Notes: generated by a model not told the origin, from the letters alone. Counted from the first letter of the stretch, positions 1-10,025 are shown. The stretch is 64,000 nt of DNA from Candidatus Omnitrophota bacterium (GCA_020429915.1 JAGQKV010000002.1:256061-320060); one strand, 5' to 3'. Numbers and translations: made by a program.

Positions 1-194
1 ACTTTTTCCGTCGGCCCAACCGAAACGGTTGCTGAAGTCCTTGGCGTCGCGTTTGACGCAATCCCAGAACATGCAGGCCGAGAAAAACAGCAACGCCCCG
101 ATGATGATTTGCCACATGCCGTAACCTAAGATGGTGAATTTCATCGACTCCCCCAGATCGTCCGGGACGGCTGTGGCCGGTCCCGGCATCGTTT

Positions 195-536
195 TTAATC
201 CGATATTTGCTCCATTAACCTGAAAAACAATTTCTCCGCGTCGTCATCGTCGTTGGTGATCAATTCGTAGGTCTTGAGCTGGTCGACGTGTTCCTCCTTA
301 CGCGGATCATACACGGGAAAGACCAGGCCGGTGACGATCTCTATCCGTTTATCCTTGCGGTCGATTGCCAGGATCGTGTCCTTGTGCAGCGCGAAGTTGC
401 GTTTGGGCGAGAAGCTTTTGTCGACCGAAATCACCAAGAACGGCCCGTAGGACGCGAAGTCATACTTCGGGGTATCGGCCAGCGCCGGCGTAGTCACAAG
501 CAACGCGCACAGAATGATCAAACCTGTTATCCTCAT
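195..536 (-). CDS. hypothetical secreted protein (113 aa)
   Basis: N-terminal Sec-type signal peptide (MRITGLIILCALLVTTPALA); GGAGGAG Shine-Dalgarno site upstream; Asp-rich C-terminus; no recognisable family. Confidence 0.45.
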   Translation of the reverse strand: MRITGLIILCALLVTTPALADTPKYDFASYGPFLVISVDKSFSPKRNFALHKDTILAIDRKDKRIEIVTGLVFPVYDPRKEEHVDQLKTYELITNDDDDAEKLFFRLMEQISD

Positions 537-560
537 GATTCTCCTCCTTCCCCCGATGAA

Positions 561-1187
561 TTATGGTTTATACACCCGCCGGTAGGCCTCGCGGCGGCTG
601 AGACGTTCCAGGTACTCCTTTAAGACAGGAAAATCGCCGAGAAGTTCCAGCATCTGGGCCATGCGCAGGCTGTGCCCGACGCAGATGTCCGCGCCGGTGA
701 AGGTGTCGCCCAGCAGAAACTCGCGTTTACCGAGATGGTCCGACAGGACTTTGGCGCGTACCTCAAATTGTTGCCGCGCCAGCTGTGCGACCGACGGGTC
801 CTGGCGCAGCTGCGGCGGACGGAGATTGTCGGCGGGACGCAGTTTGTGATTGAAGTAGTCAAGCAGCGGCGGATCCAGTTCCGCGGCCGCGAAGACGCAC
901 CACTGATAGTATTCGGCGCGCGTGTAGGAACCCGGTTCGGGCGCGAGATTCTTTTTGGGATTTTCATCGATTAGTTGCAGGACGATCGCCGTGGATTCAA
1001 ACATCTGGTAATAATCGGTGCGTAGCGCCGGGACCGCGCCCAGCGGGTGAATTTCGAGATGCGATGGTGCGCGCTGATCACCCTTGTAGAGATTGATTTC
1101 CTCGGACCGGTACTCAATTTCCAATTCTTCCAGGGCCCACTTGGCCCGGTCGGACCGCGTGGGCGGCCATTCGTAGAAAATATTCAC
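561..1187 (-). CDS. glutathione S-transferase family protein
   Basis: 208 aa; N-terminal thioredoxin-like GST motif (HPLGAVPAL) and helical C-terminal domain; GGAGGG Shine-Dalgarno site. Confidence 0.8.
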   Translation of the reverse strand: MNIFYEWPPTRSDRAKWALEELEIEYRSEEINLYKGDQRAPSHLEIHPLGAVPALRTDYYQMFESTAIVLQLIDENPKKNLAPEPGSYTRAEYYQWCVFAAAELDPPLLDYFNHKLRPADNLRPPQLRQDPSVAQLARQQFEVRAKVLSDHLGKREFLLGDTFTGADICVGHSLRMAQMLELLGDFPVLKEYLERLSRREAYRRVYKP

Positions 1188-1226
1188 AGATTGCCCTCCA
1201 TGGCGGTTAAATCAGGCTTCATTATA

Positions 1227-2042
1227 TCACACAGCTCTCGGACGCACTAAGGCAACAATCAATAACAGAGTTCCGAAGATGCAGACGACGGCGGCACCGG
1301 TCGGCAGGTCCGCAAAGTACGAAACAATCATGCCGAGAAGGCTGCCGAGGGTGCCCATTACCCACCCGATGAGCAGCCGTGACCGCAGCCGGTCCGCCAG
1401 TATCATCGCGCAGACCGCCGGAATGACCAGGAATGAAAACACCAGCAAAACACCGGCCATTTTGACCGAGCTGGTGACCACCACCCCGAATGACATGTAA
1501 AAAAGAAAGTCCCAGAGACGCACGTTGAGGCCCTTTTGAAACGCTCTCTGGGGGTCGTTGGTGATCAGGAAAAACTTGTGGCGGCAAAAGTAATGCAACA
1601 GCCCGACACCCGTGTACAGACTCAGGATCTTGATGACATCCCTCCAGCCGACCAGGAGGATATTACCGATCAGGAATTGACGGATGTGCTCCGTCCCTTC
1701 TCCCGAGAAACCCAGCAGGATTACCGTAAGGCTGGACGCGACCACGTAAATAATGCCGATGATCGCTTCCTGCGGGACCAGCTGCCTTCTGAACCGGCTC
1801 ATGGCGAACAGAGCGGCGCCGGCCACTGTGAAGCCCAGTGACAATGCGTAACTCAACGGGTGATCCAGGTCCAGGCCCAGCAGGAATCCGCAACTGGTCC
1901 CCAGCACGGCGATCTGAGCCAGCGCCAGATCAACGAAGATGACCTGGCGCTGGATCACGTGTAAACCCAGATAGGCGTGAATGCCGGTCAACACCAGACA
2001 GGCGGCTAACGGCAGGCCCATAATTTGCATGAAATCGATCAT
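1227..2042 (-). CDS. metal (Zn/Mn) ABC transporter permease, ZnuB/MntB/TroCD-like
   Basis: 271 aa polytopic membrane protein with typical ABC-3 permease sequence; ATGA start/stop overlap with the upstream binding-protein gene. Confidence 0.85.
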   Translation of the reverse strand: MIDFMQIMGLPLAACLVLTGIHAYLGLHVIQRQVIFVDLALAQIAVLGTSCGFLLGLDLDHPLSYALSLGFTVAGAALFAMSRFRRQLVPQEAIIGIIYVVASSLTVILLGFSGEGTEHIRQFLIGNILLVGWRDVIKILSLYTGVGLLHYFCRHKFFLITNDPQRAFQKGLNVRLWDFLFYMSFGVVVTSSVKMAGVLLVFSFLVIPAVCAMILADRLRSRLLIGWVMGTLGSLLGMIVSYFADLPTGAAVVCIFGTLLLIVALVRPRAV

Positions 2043-2959
2043 CGTGGACCTCCGAACTGCGCAAAACCGGCTTGCACGCTGTCAACGATCCTGTCCATCA
2101 ATGCGATATAATCGGTAACTCCGCGTGCGCCGCCGACCGATATCGGTGCTGACACGACAACGGCGGAGGTCCGTTCAGATACGTAGCGGGCGGCGTCCTC
2201 TTTGTATATGTTTTCATTGAGGATCACCTTGATCTGCTGTTTTTGCACGATGTCGATAATCGTACGCAGATGCGCCGGAGACGGCGGGACACCCGGTTTG
2301 GGTTCCAGCTCATCGACGACGTCAAAACCGAAGCGGTCCGCGAAATAGGACCACGAGCGGTGATAACTGATTAACTTTTCTTTGCGGTACGGCGACAGAC
2401 GCTCCTGCCACTCACGCATCTTCCGGTCTATTGTTCCGGATAATTCGGAATAATTTTCTTTGAACTCGGCTGCGTATTGCGGCGCCAGTTGCGAAAGTCG
2501 CACGGTGATATGTTCGGCGACGATCTTCATCCGTACCGGGTCCAGCCAGTAATGCGGATTGCCGTGGGCGTGGATGTCCCCCATTGACCGGTCAACGTGA
2601 TCGGGAATCTCCAGGGCGGCGATCCCTTCAGAGGCGTCAAGATGACCGGGACGGCCTACCTGAATGTCAGGATTACGCGAGCCTTCGAGGATCAGTGATT
2701 CGTAGCCGATTTCCAGATCAAGGCCGACGCGCACAAACAGGTCGGCACGCCGGGCCTTAATCATGTAGGACGGTTTGGCCTGAAGAAAGTGGTAGTTCTG
2801 ATTGCCCAAACCGAGGGTGTCGACTTTAACATGTTTCCCCCCGACCGCCTCCACCACCGCTTTCAGATCAGCGGTGGTGGTGAGGACGTTGATAGTGTCC
2901 GCGTTCGCCGGTGCGACGGTTGCGGATAACAGCAGTACTGTCAGTAGACTAATTTTCAT
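2039..2959 (-). CDS. periplasmic metal-binding protein, ZnuA/TroA family (cluster A-I solute-binding protein)
   Basis: 306 aa; signal peptide; His/Asp metal-site motifs (GNPHYWLDP, HAHG); AGGAGG Shine-Dalgarno site; stop 10 nt after porin gene. Confidence 0.85.
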   Translation of the reverse strand: MKISLLTVLLLSATVAPANADTINVLTTTADLKAVVEAVGGKHVKVDTLGLGNQNYHFLQAKPSYMIKARRADLFVRVGLDLEIGYESLILEGSRNPDIQVGRPGHLDASEGIAALEIPDHVDRSMGDIHAHGNPHYWLDPVRMKIVAEHITVRLSQLAPQYAAEFKENYSELSGTIDRKMREWQERLSPYRKEKLISYHRSWSYFADRFGFDVVDELEPKPGVPPSPAHLRTIIDIVQKQQIKVILNENIYKEDAARYVSERTSAVVVSAPISVGGARGVTDYIALMDRIVDSVQAGFAQFGGPR

Positions 2960-2968
2960 TACGTCCTC

Positions 2969-4195
2969 CTAGCGGTAGGCGTGCGGTTTGTGCGGCCCGA
3001 TCGAGAAATCCATCTGCAGCCACAAGGTATTGTCATCATCGGCATCCTCGTTGTCCGTGTGGGTGAACATCGCGCGCCAAAAGACATACTCGCTTTGCGC
3101 GTAGGTGATACCGGCGGAGTAAGCATTGGTTTCAACGCTGGAGTCGTCCGGAGCTTCACTGAAGTCATAGCGGCCGAATATCCACCATCGGTCGGTCAGC
3201 TGTTGTTCGAGTGAAGTGAACATTCCCCAGGCATCGATATCGTTGGACCCGGGCTGTTCGGCCTTGCTGAACAGGGCCTCGGTATGCGACGTGGTGCGTC
3301 GCCCGTTGATGATTTGGGTATTGAGCGTTAGATCGATCCCGGACACGTTTGTATCGGAGCCGCCGCCGGCGCCATTATCCGACGTCATATAACTGCCGCC
3401 GAGTTCGACGGATGTGGTGTCGGTGATGTCCAGGAAGTTTTTCCAATGGCCGAGATAGACGGCATCTCCTTCCTCTCCGGCCCCCAGCACAACCGCATCG
3501 TTGTTGTTAAAGATCTCAAACGTCGCTTCCGAGTACACATCTCCGGTAAACGGCAGCAGATAGTTGATGGAGACACCTGCTTCCGAGAATCCTTCCTCAC
3601 CGAGAAAATTCTGAACAACCAACGGGTAATCGACCCATGGCAATTGATGCAGATGCATGCGGTTGGCTTTACCGAAGTAAGGTCGGAATTTACCAAACCG
3701 GCCCTGCAGATCCGGAACCGGTGTCTGCAGCAACGTCAGGTAGCCTTCTTCAACGACCACTTCCGTCTCACCGTCCTCGTTTTCAATGGCCACGATAATG
3801 TCCCCGCGGGCATAGGTGTCCACGCTTGCACCGAAGGCCAGTTCGACTTCACGGAGATTGAAGTCGTTGTCACCTTCGCCGTCATTCTCGTCCGTGGCGT
3901 ACACCATATCTCCGATGATGCTGACCTCGGGATTGAGCGTTGACAATACGTTTGCGGATTGCCCGGCTGGCCGGTCTTGTAATTCCGTAACGCGTTGTTC
4001 CAGACGGCGGATCTCGTGTTCGTCACGTGCGCTTTGACTTTCCCTGTCGCGTTCCAATTGCTCGATACGTCCGGCCATTTCACTCATTTGAACCTGCATT
4101 TGGCGCATCATTTCCTTCAGGTCGGAGAGTTCGTCGCCGAATGCCGGCGAACACGCCATCGTCATTATGACGAGGCACAGTAGGTATTTCTTCAT
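2969..4195 (-). CDS. outer-membrane beta-barrel porin-like protein with N-terminal coiled-coil segment
   Basis: Start moved to the internal MKKYLL (GGAGG Shine-Dalgarno site; the track ORF extends to 4372). Has a signal peptide, a ~60 aa coiled coil (EMMRQMQVQMSEMAGRIEQLERD...), and then alternating amphipathic beta-strand sequence. Confidence 0.6.
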   Translation of the reverse strand: MKKYLLCLVIMTMACSPAFGDELSDLKEMMRQMQVQMSEMAGRIEQLERDRESQSARDEHEIRRLEQRVTELQDRPAGQSANVLSTLNPEVSIIGDMVYATDENDGEGDNDFNLREVELAFGASVDTYARGDIIVAIENEDGETEVVVEEGYLTLLQTPVPDLQGRFGKFRPYFGKANRMHLHQLPWVDYPLVVQNFLGEEGFSEAGVSINYLLPFTGDVYSEATFEIFNNNDAVVLGAGEEGDAVYLGHWKNFLDITDTTSVELGGSYMTSDNGAGGGSDTNVSGIDLTLNTQIINGRRTTSHTEALFSKAEQPGSNDIDAWGMFTSLEQQLTDRWWIFGRYDFSEAPDDSSVETNAYSAGITYAQSEYVFWRAMFTHTDNEDADDDNTLWLQMDFSIGPHKPHAYR

Positions 4196-4271
4196 AATAG
4201 ACCTCCGTCGGCACATATCGACAGACATGGCCGTATGGTGTATTGGGTAGATTAAAGTAGGGATGATATAA

Positions 4272-4571
4272 CTAGAGAATGACGGGTGGTGCTCGGGAAG
4301 GCGGTTCCCGGAAGCGGGAAACCGTACGGGGCACGGTGTACCGGACGTCAAAAAGCACCACAAAACCCGCAATACTGGCGGGCATGGTCACGAACACTGC
4401 TGTGAAGGCCGTCAGCAATAACCAGTGCCAGGCGCAGCTGTCATAGGCTTCCTGTCCGGTATGGGTATGGATGTGCGTATGAAGATACTCCCCACCGGTC
4501 AGCAAGCCTGTCGTCCACAGGAATGCCGTGATGGCGATGGGAGCCGCAAATTTTCGGAGTGCAGTCATCAT
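4272..4571 (-). CDS. small membrane protein with His-rich motif (HTHIHTHTG)
   Basis: 99 aa, two predicted TM helices, HxHxHxH motif between them; first gene of putative porin-znuAB operon; TATAAT-containing AT-rich region just upstream. Confidence 0.4.
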   Translation of the reverse strand: MMTALRKFAAPIAITAFLWTTGLLTGGEYLHTHIHTHTGQEAYDSCAWHWLLLTAFTAVFVTMPASIAGFVVLFDVRYTVPRTVSRFREPPSRAPPVIL

Positions 4572-4624
4572 AGGTAATATATCTAAATAGAAAACATTTC
4601 CATTATATGGTCTTCCTCAAGAAA

Positions 4625-4661
4625 TGCAACAAAAGAAACGGGCATCCCATTATGGGATGCC
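4625..4661 (-). terminator. rho-independent terminator (hairpin GGGCATCCCA/TGGGATGCC + U-tract on minus strand)
   Basis: ~10 bp GC-rich stem, 3-nt loop, followed on the minus strand by GTTTCTTTTGTT; downstream of DoxX gene. Confidence 0.45.
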
Positions 4662-4783
4662 TGTGGTTGTTCGAGAAATTTGCCGGCCGGATGGTGGGCT
4701 CTATTTTACTAGCCTGGAGATCCTCGGAACGATTATCCGGATTTCTTCTCAAGTCATTGTAAGGCAGGCAGTTGATGAATTCT

Positions 4784-5197
4784 TCATGCACTACGCGGCG
4801 GACCGAAGAGCGGACGGTAGAGGGTCCAGTATCCGCGCATGGCCAGGACCTGCAGGCAGACCATCGCCGCGGGCAGGATCAGTTCGCCGGCGCCGGGCGT
4901 AAGACAGGCGTGAAAGAGAAAGATGTGCAGTGTCACCGGGGCCAGGATGACCAGGGCGACAGGTGCCCCGCGGCCGACCAGCAGGAAAAATCCTCCGGCG
5001 GTCTCCGTGAATTTGAGCAGCGGAAAGAAATATCCGGTCGCCATCATTCCGGTCATGAACGCCGTGGCCGCCTCGGGCATAGGCGGGGTCTCGGGCATGC
5101 TCATCAGGCCGGCCGCCATGGCCAGGCCCATTCCACCGAAGACAAAATAGATTAAGCCCAGGAGGATCCTGGAGCCGAGGGGAATCCATTTTTTCAT
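4784..5197 (-). CDS. DoxX family membrane protein
   Basis: 137 aa, 4 TM helices, N-terminus (MKKWIPLGSRILLGLIYFVFG) typical of DoxX/SURF4-like proteins. Confidence 0.55.
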   Translation of the reverse strand: MKKWIPLGSRILLGLIYFVFGGMGLAMAAGLMSMPETPPMPEAATAFMTGMMATGYFFPLLKFTETAGGFFLLVGRGAPVALVILAPVTLHIFLFHACLTPGAGELILPAAMVCLQVLAMRGYWTLYRPLFGPPRSA

Positions 5198-5256
5198 TAT
5201 TGCGTCCTTTCTTTGGCGGCTTGACCGTTACGGCCGCTTGGTTGGTGATGTGCCCG

Positions 5257-6099
5257 CTACTGACAGGTCCGGAAGAGCACGTTGTCCTTCCCCTGCTGTT
5301 TGGCTTGGTACATCAAATCATCCGCCATTTTCAGGAGCCGACCGAAATCAAATTCCGGTCCGGTGACGGTGACCGCACCCATGCTCGTGCGGATGGGAGA
5401 AAACTCGGGAAGCGAGTGATGCAAACGGTGGCGGAGGCGTTCGAGGACCGTCTGTGCCTGCGCGCTGTCGGTCTCCGGCAGGCAGATGGCGAATTCATCC
5501 CCGCCGAGCCGGGCGATAATATCGTACGGTCGGAGGGTTTCTTTCATGCATCGGGCCACGCCCTGCAAAAACTCGTCCCCGCGTTTGTGGCCGAAGGCGT
5601 CGTTGATCTTCTTGAAGTCGTCCAGGTCGATGTAGACCAGTGTCAGGTCACGCTCGTGGCGCTCGGCCTTCTTCAGTTCATACTCGGCCAGCTCCCGGAA
5701 GGAACGGCTGTTATGCAGGCCCGTCAAAAAGTCCGTGTGGGCCAGCCGTGTCTGTTGTTCCAACAGCGTGTGGGTCTTGTCCGCGAAGAAGGCCATCACC
5801 AGAAACATCCCCAGCCGCGCGAAGGTGTTCCAGTAGGGTATGGCCGGGTGACTGTAATCGTGTCCGGAATGAAAGTCGGCGGTGTACCAGCTGCCCGCGC
5901 TGAGGATGGCGACGAAGATCGCCGGCACCATCCCCGCGTACCAGGCCACGCCCACGATCGGCACGACGTAGAAAATGGCAAAGGAGATTTCGTATCCGGT
6001 GAGGGCGTCCCCCCACCCGAGCAAAAGGACCGTGCCGCAGCCGGCGGCGACCGTCCCGGTGAGAATTTTAACAGAAGGATTAGCGTCGGTGACGTTCAC
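5257..6099 (-). CDS. membrane-anchored diguanylate cyclase (GGDEF domain)
   Basis: 280 aa; N-terminal ~3 TM helices then GGDEF domain with intact RLGGDEF active-site motif; track start is GTG. Confidence 0.8.
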   Translation of the reverse strand: MNVTDANPSVKILTGTVAAGCGTVLLLGWGDALTGYEISFAIFYVVPIVGVAWYAGMVPAIFVAILSAGSWYTADFHSGHDYSHPAIPYWNTFARLGMFLVMAFFADKTHTLLEQQTRLAHTDFLTGLHNSRSFRELAEYELKKAERHERDLTLVYIDLDDFKKINDAFGHKRGDEFLQGVARCMKETLRPYDIIARLGGDEFAICLPETDSAQAQTVLERLRHRLHHSLPEFSPIRTSMGAVTVTGPEFDFGRLLKMADDLMYQAKQQGKDNVLFRTCQ

Positions 6100-6110
6100 G
6101 GGATGGTTCT

Positions 6111-7775
6111 CTAGGCCGGTGAGGGGTGCTCTTGATCTTCGTAGTCCAGCATCACGGCGGTGCCGAGATTGGACAGGCGGTCCCCGATCTTCTCAAGATT
6201 ATAAATCAATTCCAGGAAGAGGAATCCGGAATCCATTTTACATTTCTTTCGTTTGAGCCGGGTAACGTGATTTTGCTTGAGTTCATGTTCCAGTTCATTG
6301 AGCAGGTTTTCATGCTGCAAAACCCGCCGCGCCGCGAGCGGATCTTTTACAGCAAAGGCGCGTTCGGCCTCATCGAACATCGTCAGGACTTCGGCCTCCA
6401 TGCGTTTGATGTCGCTGATCGACTCATCCGAAAAGACATGCTTTCCCTCGACGCGGCGTTTGGTCAGTTCCGAGATATTCTGCGAATGGTCCCCGATCCG
6501 CTCCAGGTCATTGACGATATGGATCAGCACCGGAATCGATTCGGACTCCAACGGCTCCAGTTTTTTGCGGGACAGGCGGACGATATAGTCCGTGATCTGG
6601 CTCTGCAGGCTGTCGGTCACAGACTCCAATTCACTCGCCTTTTCGGCCATCTTCAGATCTTGATCGATAAAACTTTCGGTGGCGTTGACCATGGCCTTAC
6701 GGCTGATCTTCAGCATATAGGAAACTTCCTTATGCACCTGTTCCATGGCCAAGCTGGGAGATTCCAGCAAGTGTTCTTCCAGATACTGCGTTCCGTAGTC
6801 GATGGCATCTTTGCCCTTGGGCACCAGCCTGGTGCTGAGTCGTTCCAGAAAATTAATGAATGGGAGAAACACCGCCGTATTGATCACGTTGAACACACTG
6901 TGGGCGACGGCAATGTGGATCATGATGTTCTCCGTCGACAAATCGCCGGGGACCAGCCACTTGATCAGTTCCGTGTACCAGCCGAGCGACACGAAGACGA
7001 GCATGTACGCGGTCCCCAGGACATTAAATATCGTGTGCGACATCGCCGCGCGCCGGGCATTCAAGTTGGTCCCGATCGCGGCCAATTGCGCGGTGATGGT
7101 GGTCCCGATATTGTCACCGAGGATAATCGGGATCGCCGCCTCCAGCGGAATCAATCCCTTAAAGGCCATGACCTGGACAATGGCGATTGTGGCGCTGGAG
7201 CTTTGCAGTAAGACGGTGAAGATGATCCCCGCAAAGACGGCCAGGACGGGATGATGACTGAGCGCGCTAAAGGTATCATAAATGAACGCACTGTCCTTCA
7301 ATGGCTCAAAGGCGTCCTTCATGTAGTCCAGTCCGGTAAAGAGAATCCCGAATCCCATCAAGACCAGCCCGACGTTTTTACGCCTTCCCTTCCCCAGGGC
7401 GTTGAGGGCAAAGCCGATCCCGACCGCGGGCAAGGCGTACTTGCTGACCTTAAAAACAGACATGAACGACACCAGCCAGGCTGTGAACGTCGTCCCGATA
7501 TTGGCCCCCAGTATTAGCGGAATGGCCTGTTGCAGACTCAGCATCGACGCGTTGACGAACCCGACGACAAACACGGTGGTAACGCTGGAAGACTGGACTA
7601 AGAGTGTGGTCAAAGCCCCAACAAAGACACCGTAGATGCGGTGCTTGGTGACGGTGTGCAGGAATTGTTTGAGTTTGTCGCTGGCTACCCGTTTGAGGCC
7701 GCCGGACATAGTTTGCATGCCGAGAAAAAAGAATCCCAGCCCGCCGATGAGAAGAAACGCCGATTCGAACGTCAT
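6111..7775 (-). CDS. Na+/phosphate cotransporter family protein with C-terminal PhoU-like domains (YjbB-like)
   Basis: 554 aa; N-terminal Na/Pi-cotransporter II-related membrane domain (two inverted repeats) and ~200 aa C-terminal PhoU-type helical repeats; GGAAAGGA Shine-Dalgarno site. Confidence 0.85.
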   Translation of the reverse strand: MTFESAFLLIGGLGFFFLGMQTMSGGLKRVASDKLKQFLHTVTKHRIYGVFVGALTTLLVQSSSVTTVFVVGFVNASMLSLQQAIPLILGANIGTTFTAWLVSFMSVFKVSKYALPAVGIGFALNALGKGRRKNVGLVLMGFGILFTGLDYMKDAFEPLKDSAFIYDTFSALSHHPVLAVFAGIIFTVLLQSSSATIAIVQVMAFKGLIPLEAAIPIILGDNIGTTITAQLAAIGTNLNARRAAMSHTIFNVLGTAYMLVFVSLGWYTELIKWLVPGDLSTENIMIHIAVAHSVFNVINTAVFLPFINFLERLSTRLVPKGKDAIDYGTQYLEEHLLESPSLAMEQVHKEVSYMLKISRKAMVNATESFIDQDLKMAEKASELESVTDSLQSQITDYIVRLSRKKLEPLESESIPVLIHIVNDLERIGDHSQNISELTKRRVEGKHVFSDESISDIKRMEAEVLTMFDEAERAFAVKDPLAARRVLQHENLLNELEHELKQNHVTRLKRKKCKMDSGFLFLELIYNLEKIGDRLSNLGTAVMLDYEDQEHPSPA

Positions 7776-7922
7776 GCGGGGTCCTTTCCGTGGATCAGAT
7801 AATAACGCCGGGAAAAATGCGGCGTGTATGTCGGTGTTGAGGTTTGTTTACATTCTAATGCAAACAGGCGGGTGCGTACACCGTATTTCCGGAAAATACG
7901 TGATTTTTCTTTAGGATGGGAA

Positions 7923-8444
7923 CTACTCCCCGTCCCAATAGCTGACGTTCAGCTCTTCGCGTCCGATGTACATGAAGCGGTTCGGTTTGCCGTCCGGTCC
8001 CGCGGGGCGTTCGTCAAGCACGCCGAATTTATTGGAATCCGGGTACTCCGCGATCTCCGGGGTCTGCTTGGTGCTGACGGCGAGGTATTTGAGCTCGGTA
8101 TCGCCGGTGTTGATGATCTGATGCGCGGTTTCGGGCCCTCCCGGCGGGCAGGCGATGAAGTCTCCCTTTTTCACGGGATATGTTTCCGTGCCGATGCGGA
8201 CCTCACCGGAGCCTTCGAGGATGAAGAACAGCTCTTCGTTGACGCGGTGATTGTGAAACGGAAACGCGCGCTTGCCCGGGGGCACCGCGGTGATGTTGTA
8301 GCCGAGCTTTTTCGCGCCGATCGCCGGGGCGATGTGCGCCAGCTTGGCGTCATACTTCAGCGCCGTCTCCTCTGTCTGAGGCGCAAACGCCGCCGGCCGC
8401 GGTTCAAATTTGAGGTCGTTGAGGTTGATGATGGGGGTGGGCAT
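7923..8444 (-). CDS. cupin domain protein
   Basis: 173 aa; cupin motifs G(X)5HXH...P(X)4H-like (FPFHNHRVNEELFFILEGSGE); AAGGAG Shine-Dalgarno site. Confidence 0.7.
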   Translation of the reverse strand: MPTPIINLNDLKFEPRPAAFAPQTEETALKYDAKLAHIAPAIGAKKLGYNITAVPPGKRAFPFHNHRVNEELFFILEGSGEVRIGTETYPVKKGDFIACPPGGPETAHQIINTGDTELKYLAVSTKQTPEIAEYPDSNKFGVLDERPAGPDGKPNRFMYIGREELNVSYWDGE

Positions 8445-8465
8445 TTGGCCGCTCCTTGCATTATT

Positions 8466-8693
8466 TTATTGTTGCGAATGTCCCATGTATTGAAATCGGG
8501 GCATCTCTACGCCGTCCACCGTCACCGTCTCGGCAAACATCGTCAGCGGGCGGACCCAGAGGGCGTCTTTGCCGAATTCGGATTCGTACAGGGCCCGGTA
8601 GACGACGAGCTCCTCCTCGGTCTCCGAATGCCGCGCGACACCGATGACGGCATAATCTTTTCCCTTGTAGTGGCGGTAAATACCGGGTTTCAT
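8466..8693 (-). CDS. DUF1653 family protein
   Basis: 75 aa; YRHYKGKDY signature of DUF1653; GGAGGAG Shine-Dalgarno site. Confidence 0.55.
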   Translation of the reverse strand: MKPGIYRHYKGKDYAVIGVARHSETEEELVVYRALYESEFGKDALWVRPLTMFAETVTVDGVEMPRFQYMGHSQQ

Positions 8694-8706
8694 CGTCTCC
8701 TCCCTA

Positions 8707-10023
8707 TTATTTTCCGGCCCACAGAAAATAGCGCAGATAAATGTACACCGATGAAATCACCAGCGCCAACACCGTAAACGGTACCCCGTAGGCGAGAAAC
8801 GTCCGGAAACGGATCGGGATGTTGTTCTTCTCTCCGATCCGCGACATGATGATGTTAGCCGAGGCCCCGATCAAAGTCCCGTTGCCGCCCAGACACGCCC
8901 CCAGGGCGAGCGACCAGAACAGTGGTTCGGCGATCGACGCGCGGGCCGCTTCAGCCGGGATGCCGGCGCTCTCGGCGAAGTGATGCGCGAACAACCGCAC
9001 CAGCGGGACCATCGTGATCACGAAGGGGATATTATCCAGAATTGCCGACAGGAACCCGCCTCCCCACAGGATCAGCAGGCACAGGACGAGCAGGTTGTCA
9101 CCGGACCAGCTGATGATCTGCCGCCCGATCGATTCGATGACTCCGTTGTGTTCCAGCGCGGAGATCATCATGAACATGCCGATAAAGAAAAAGATGACCC
9201 CCCACTCCACATGCATCAGCGTCTCTTCGGTATGCGCCCGGCAGACCAGCAGCATGATCATCCCGCCCAGCAGCGCTACCACTCCGGGTTCCACGTGCGT
9301 CACCTCCTGCAGGATAAAACCGAGAAAGATGAACGCCAGGATGATCAGTGATTTGCGCATGTTCACCGGGTCGACGATCGCCAACCGCGGGACGGCGCCC
9401 GTGACCCGGTGTTGAATATTGACGGGGATATGATAACGGTTGCGGATCAGCAGGTAAACCGCGGACAGGGTCGCCAGCATGATGACCACTACGACCGGCC
9501 CCAGGTGCATGAGAAAATCGTTGAACGAAAGGTGCACTTGCGAACCGATGACGATATTGGGCGGGTCCCCGATCAACGTGGCCGTCCCACCGATGTTCGA
9601 GACGATGGCCTCCATGATGATCAACGGGCCCGGCGCGCAATTCAAAAGTTGGAAGATCAGGACCGAAACCGGTACGATCAGGATGATGGTCGTGACGTTG
9701 TCCAGAAATGCCGATAACACCGCGGTCACGGTCAACAGCAGCAGCGTGATGCGGACCGGGTCGCCGTCCGCCATTTTTGCGACCGTGATCGCGATCCATT
9801 CAAAGAATCCGGTGCGTGCGATCACCTTCACGCACAGCATCATTCCCACCAGAAGAAAGATGACGTTGAAGTCCACAGCCTTCATCGCGTCCTCGAAGGA
9901 GACGAGCCGCAAGGCGACCACCAGAGTCCCGCCGACCATGGCCACAATGGTCTTGTTGACCTTTTCCGTGGCGATCAGGATATAACTGAAAATAAAAATG
10001 GCGATGGAGATGGCGGAATTCAT
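8707..10023 (-). CDS. ArsB/NhaD-family anion/cation permease (CitMHS superfamily)
   Basis: 438 aa, ~12 TM helices, internal duplication, LSAFLDNVTT/ILDNIP motifs typical of the family. Confidence 0.8.
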   Translation of the reverse strand: MNSAISIAIFIFSYILIATEKVNKTIVAMVGGTLVVALRLVSFEDAMKAVDFNVIFLLVGMMLCVKVIARTGFFEWIAITVAKMADGDPVRITLLLLTVTAVLSAFLDNVTTIILIVPVSVLIFQLLNCAPGPLIIMEAIVSNIGGTATLIGDPPNIVIGSQVHLSFNDFLMHLGPVVVVIMLATLSAVYLLIRNRYHIPVNIQHRVTGAVPRLAIVDPVNMRKSLIILAFIFLGFILQEVTHVEPGVVALLGGMIMLLVCRAHTEETLMHVEWGVIFFFIGMFMMISALEHNGVIESIGRQIISWSGDNLLVLCLLILWGGGFLSAILDNIPFVITMVPLVRLFAHHFAESAGIPAEAARASIAEPLFWSLALGACLGGNGTLIGASANIIMSRIGEKNNIPIRFRTFLAYGVPFTVLALVISSVYIYLRYFLWAGK

Positions 10024-10025
10024 TT

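Noticed and set aside
4196-4372. N-terminal 59-aa extension of the porin ORF (track 2969-4372) and similar over-extended starts (14401-15705, 21170, 33980, 36956, 43305, 44980, 46791, 51878, 63554)
   Set aside because: The track extends to the furthest ATG/GTG/TTG. Internal Met codons with Shine-Dalgarno sites, signal peptides or ATGA coupling are more plausible. The extensions would also overlap upstream genes or promoters.
5200-6114. Long plus-strand ORFs antisense to real genes (e.g. 5200-6114, 7824-8777, 10644-11612, 39700-40740, 47771-48562, 53941-54789, 61370-62161)
   Set aside because: Arg/Gly/Pro-rich, low-complexity translations typical of shadow ORFs in high-GC DNA. In each case the opposite-strand ORF has a signal peptide, Shine-Dalgarno site or recognisable domains.
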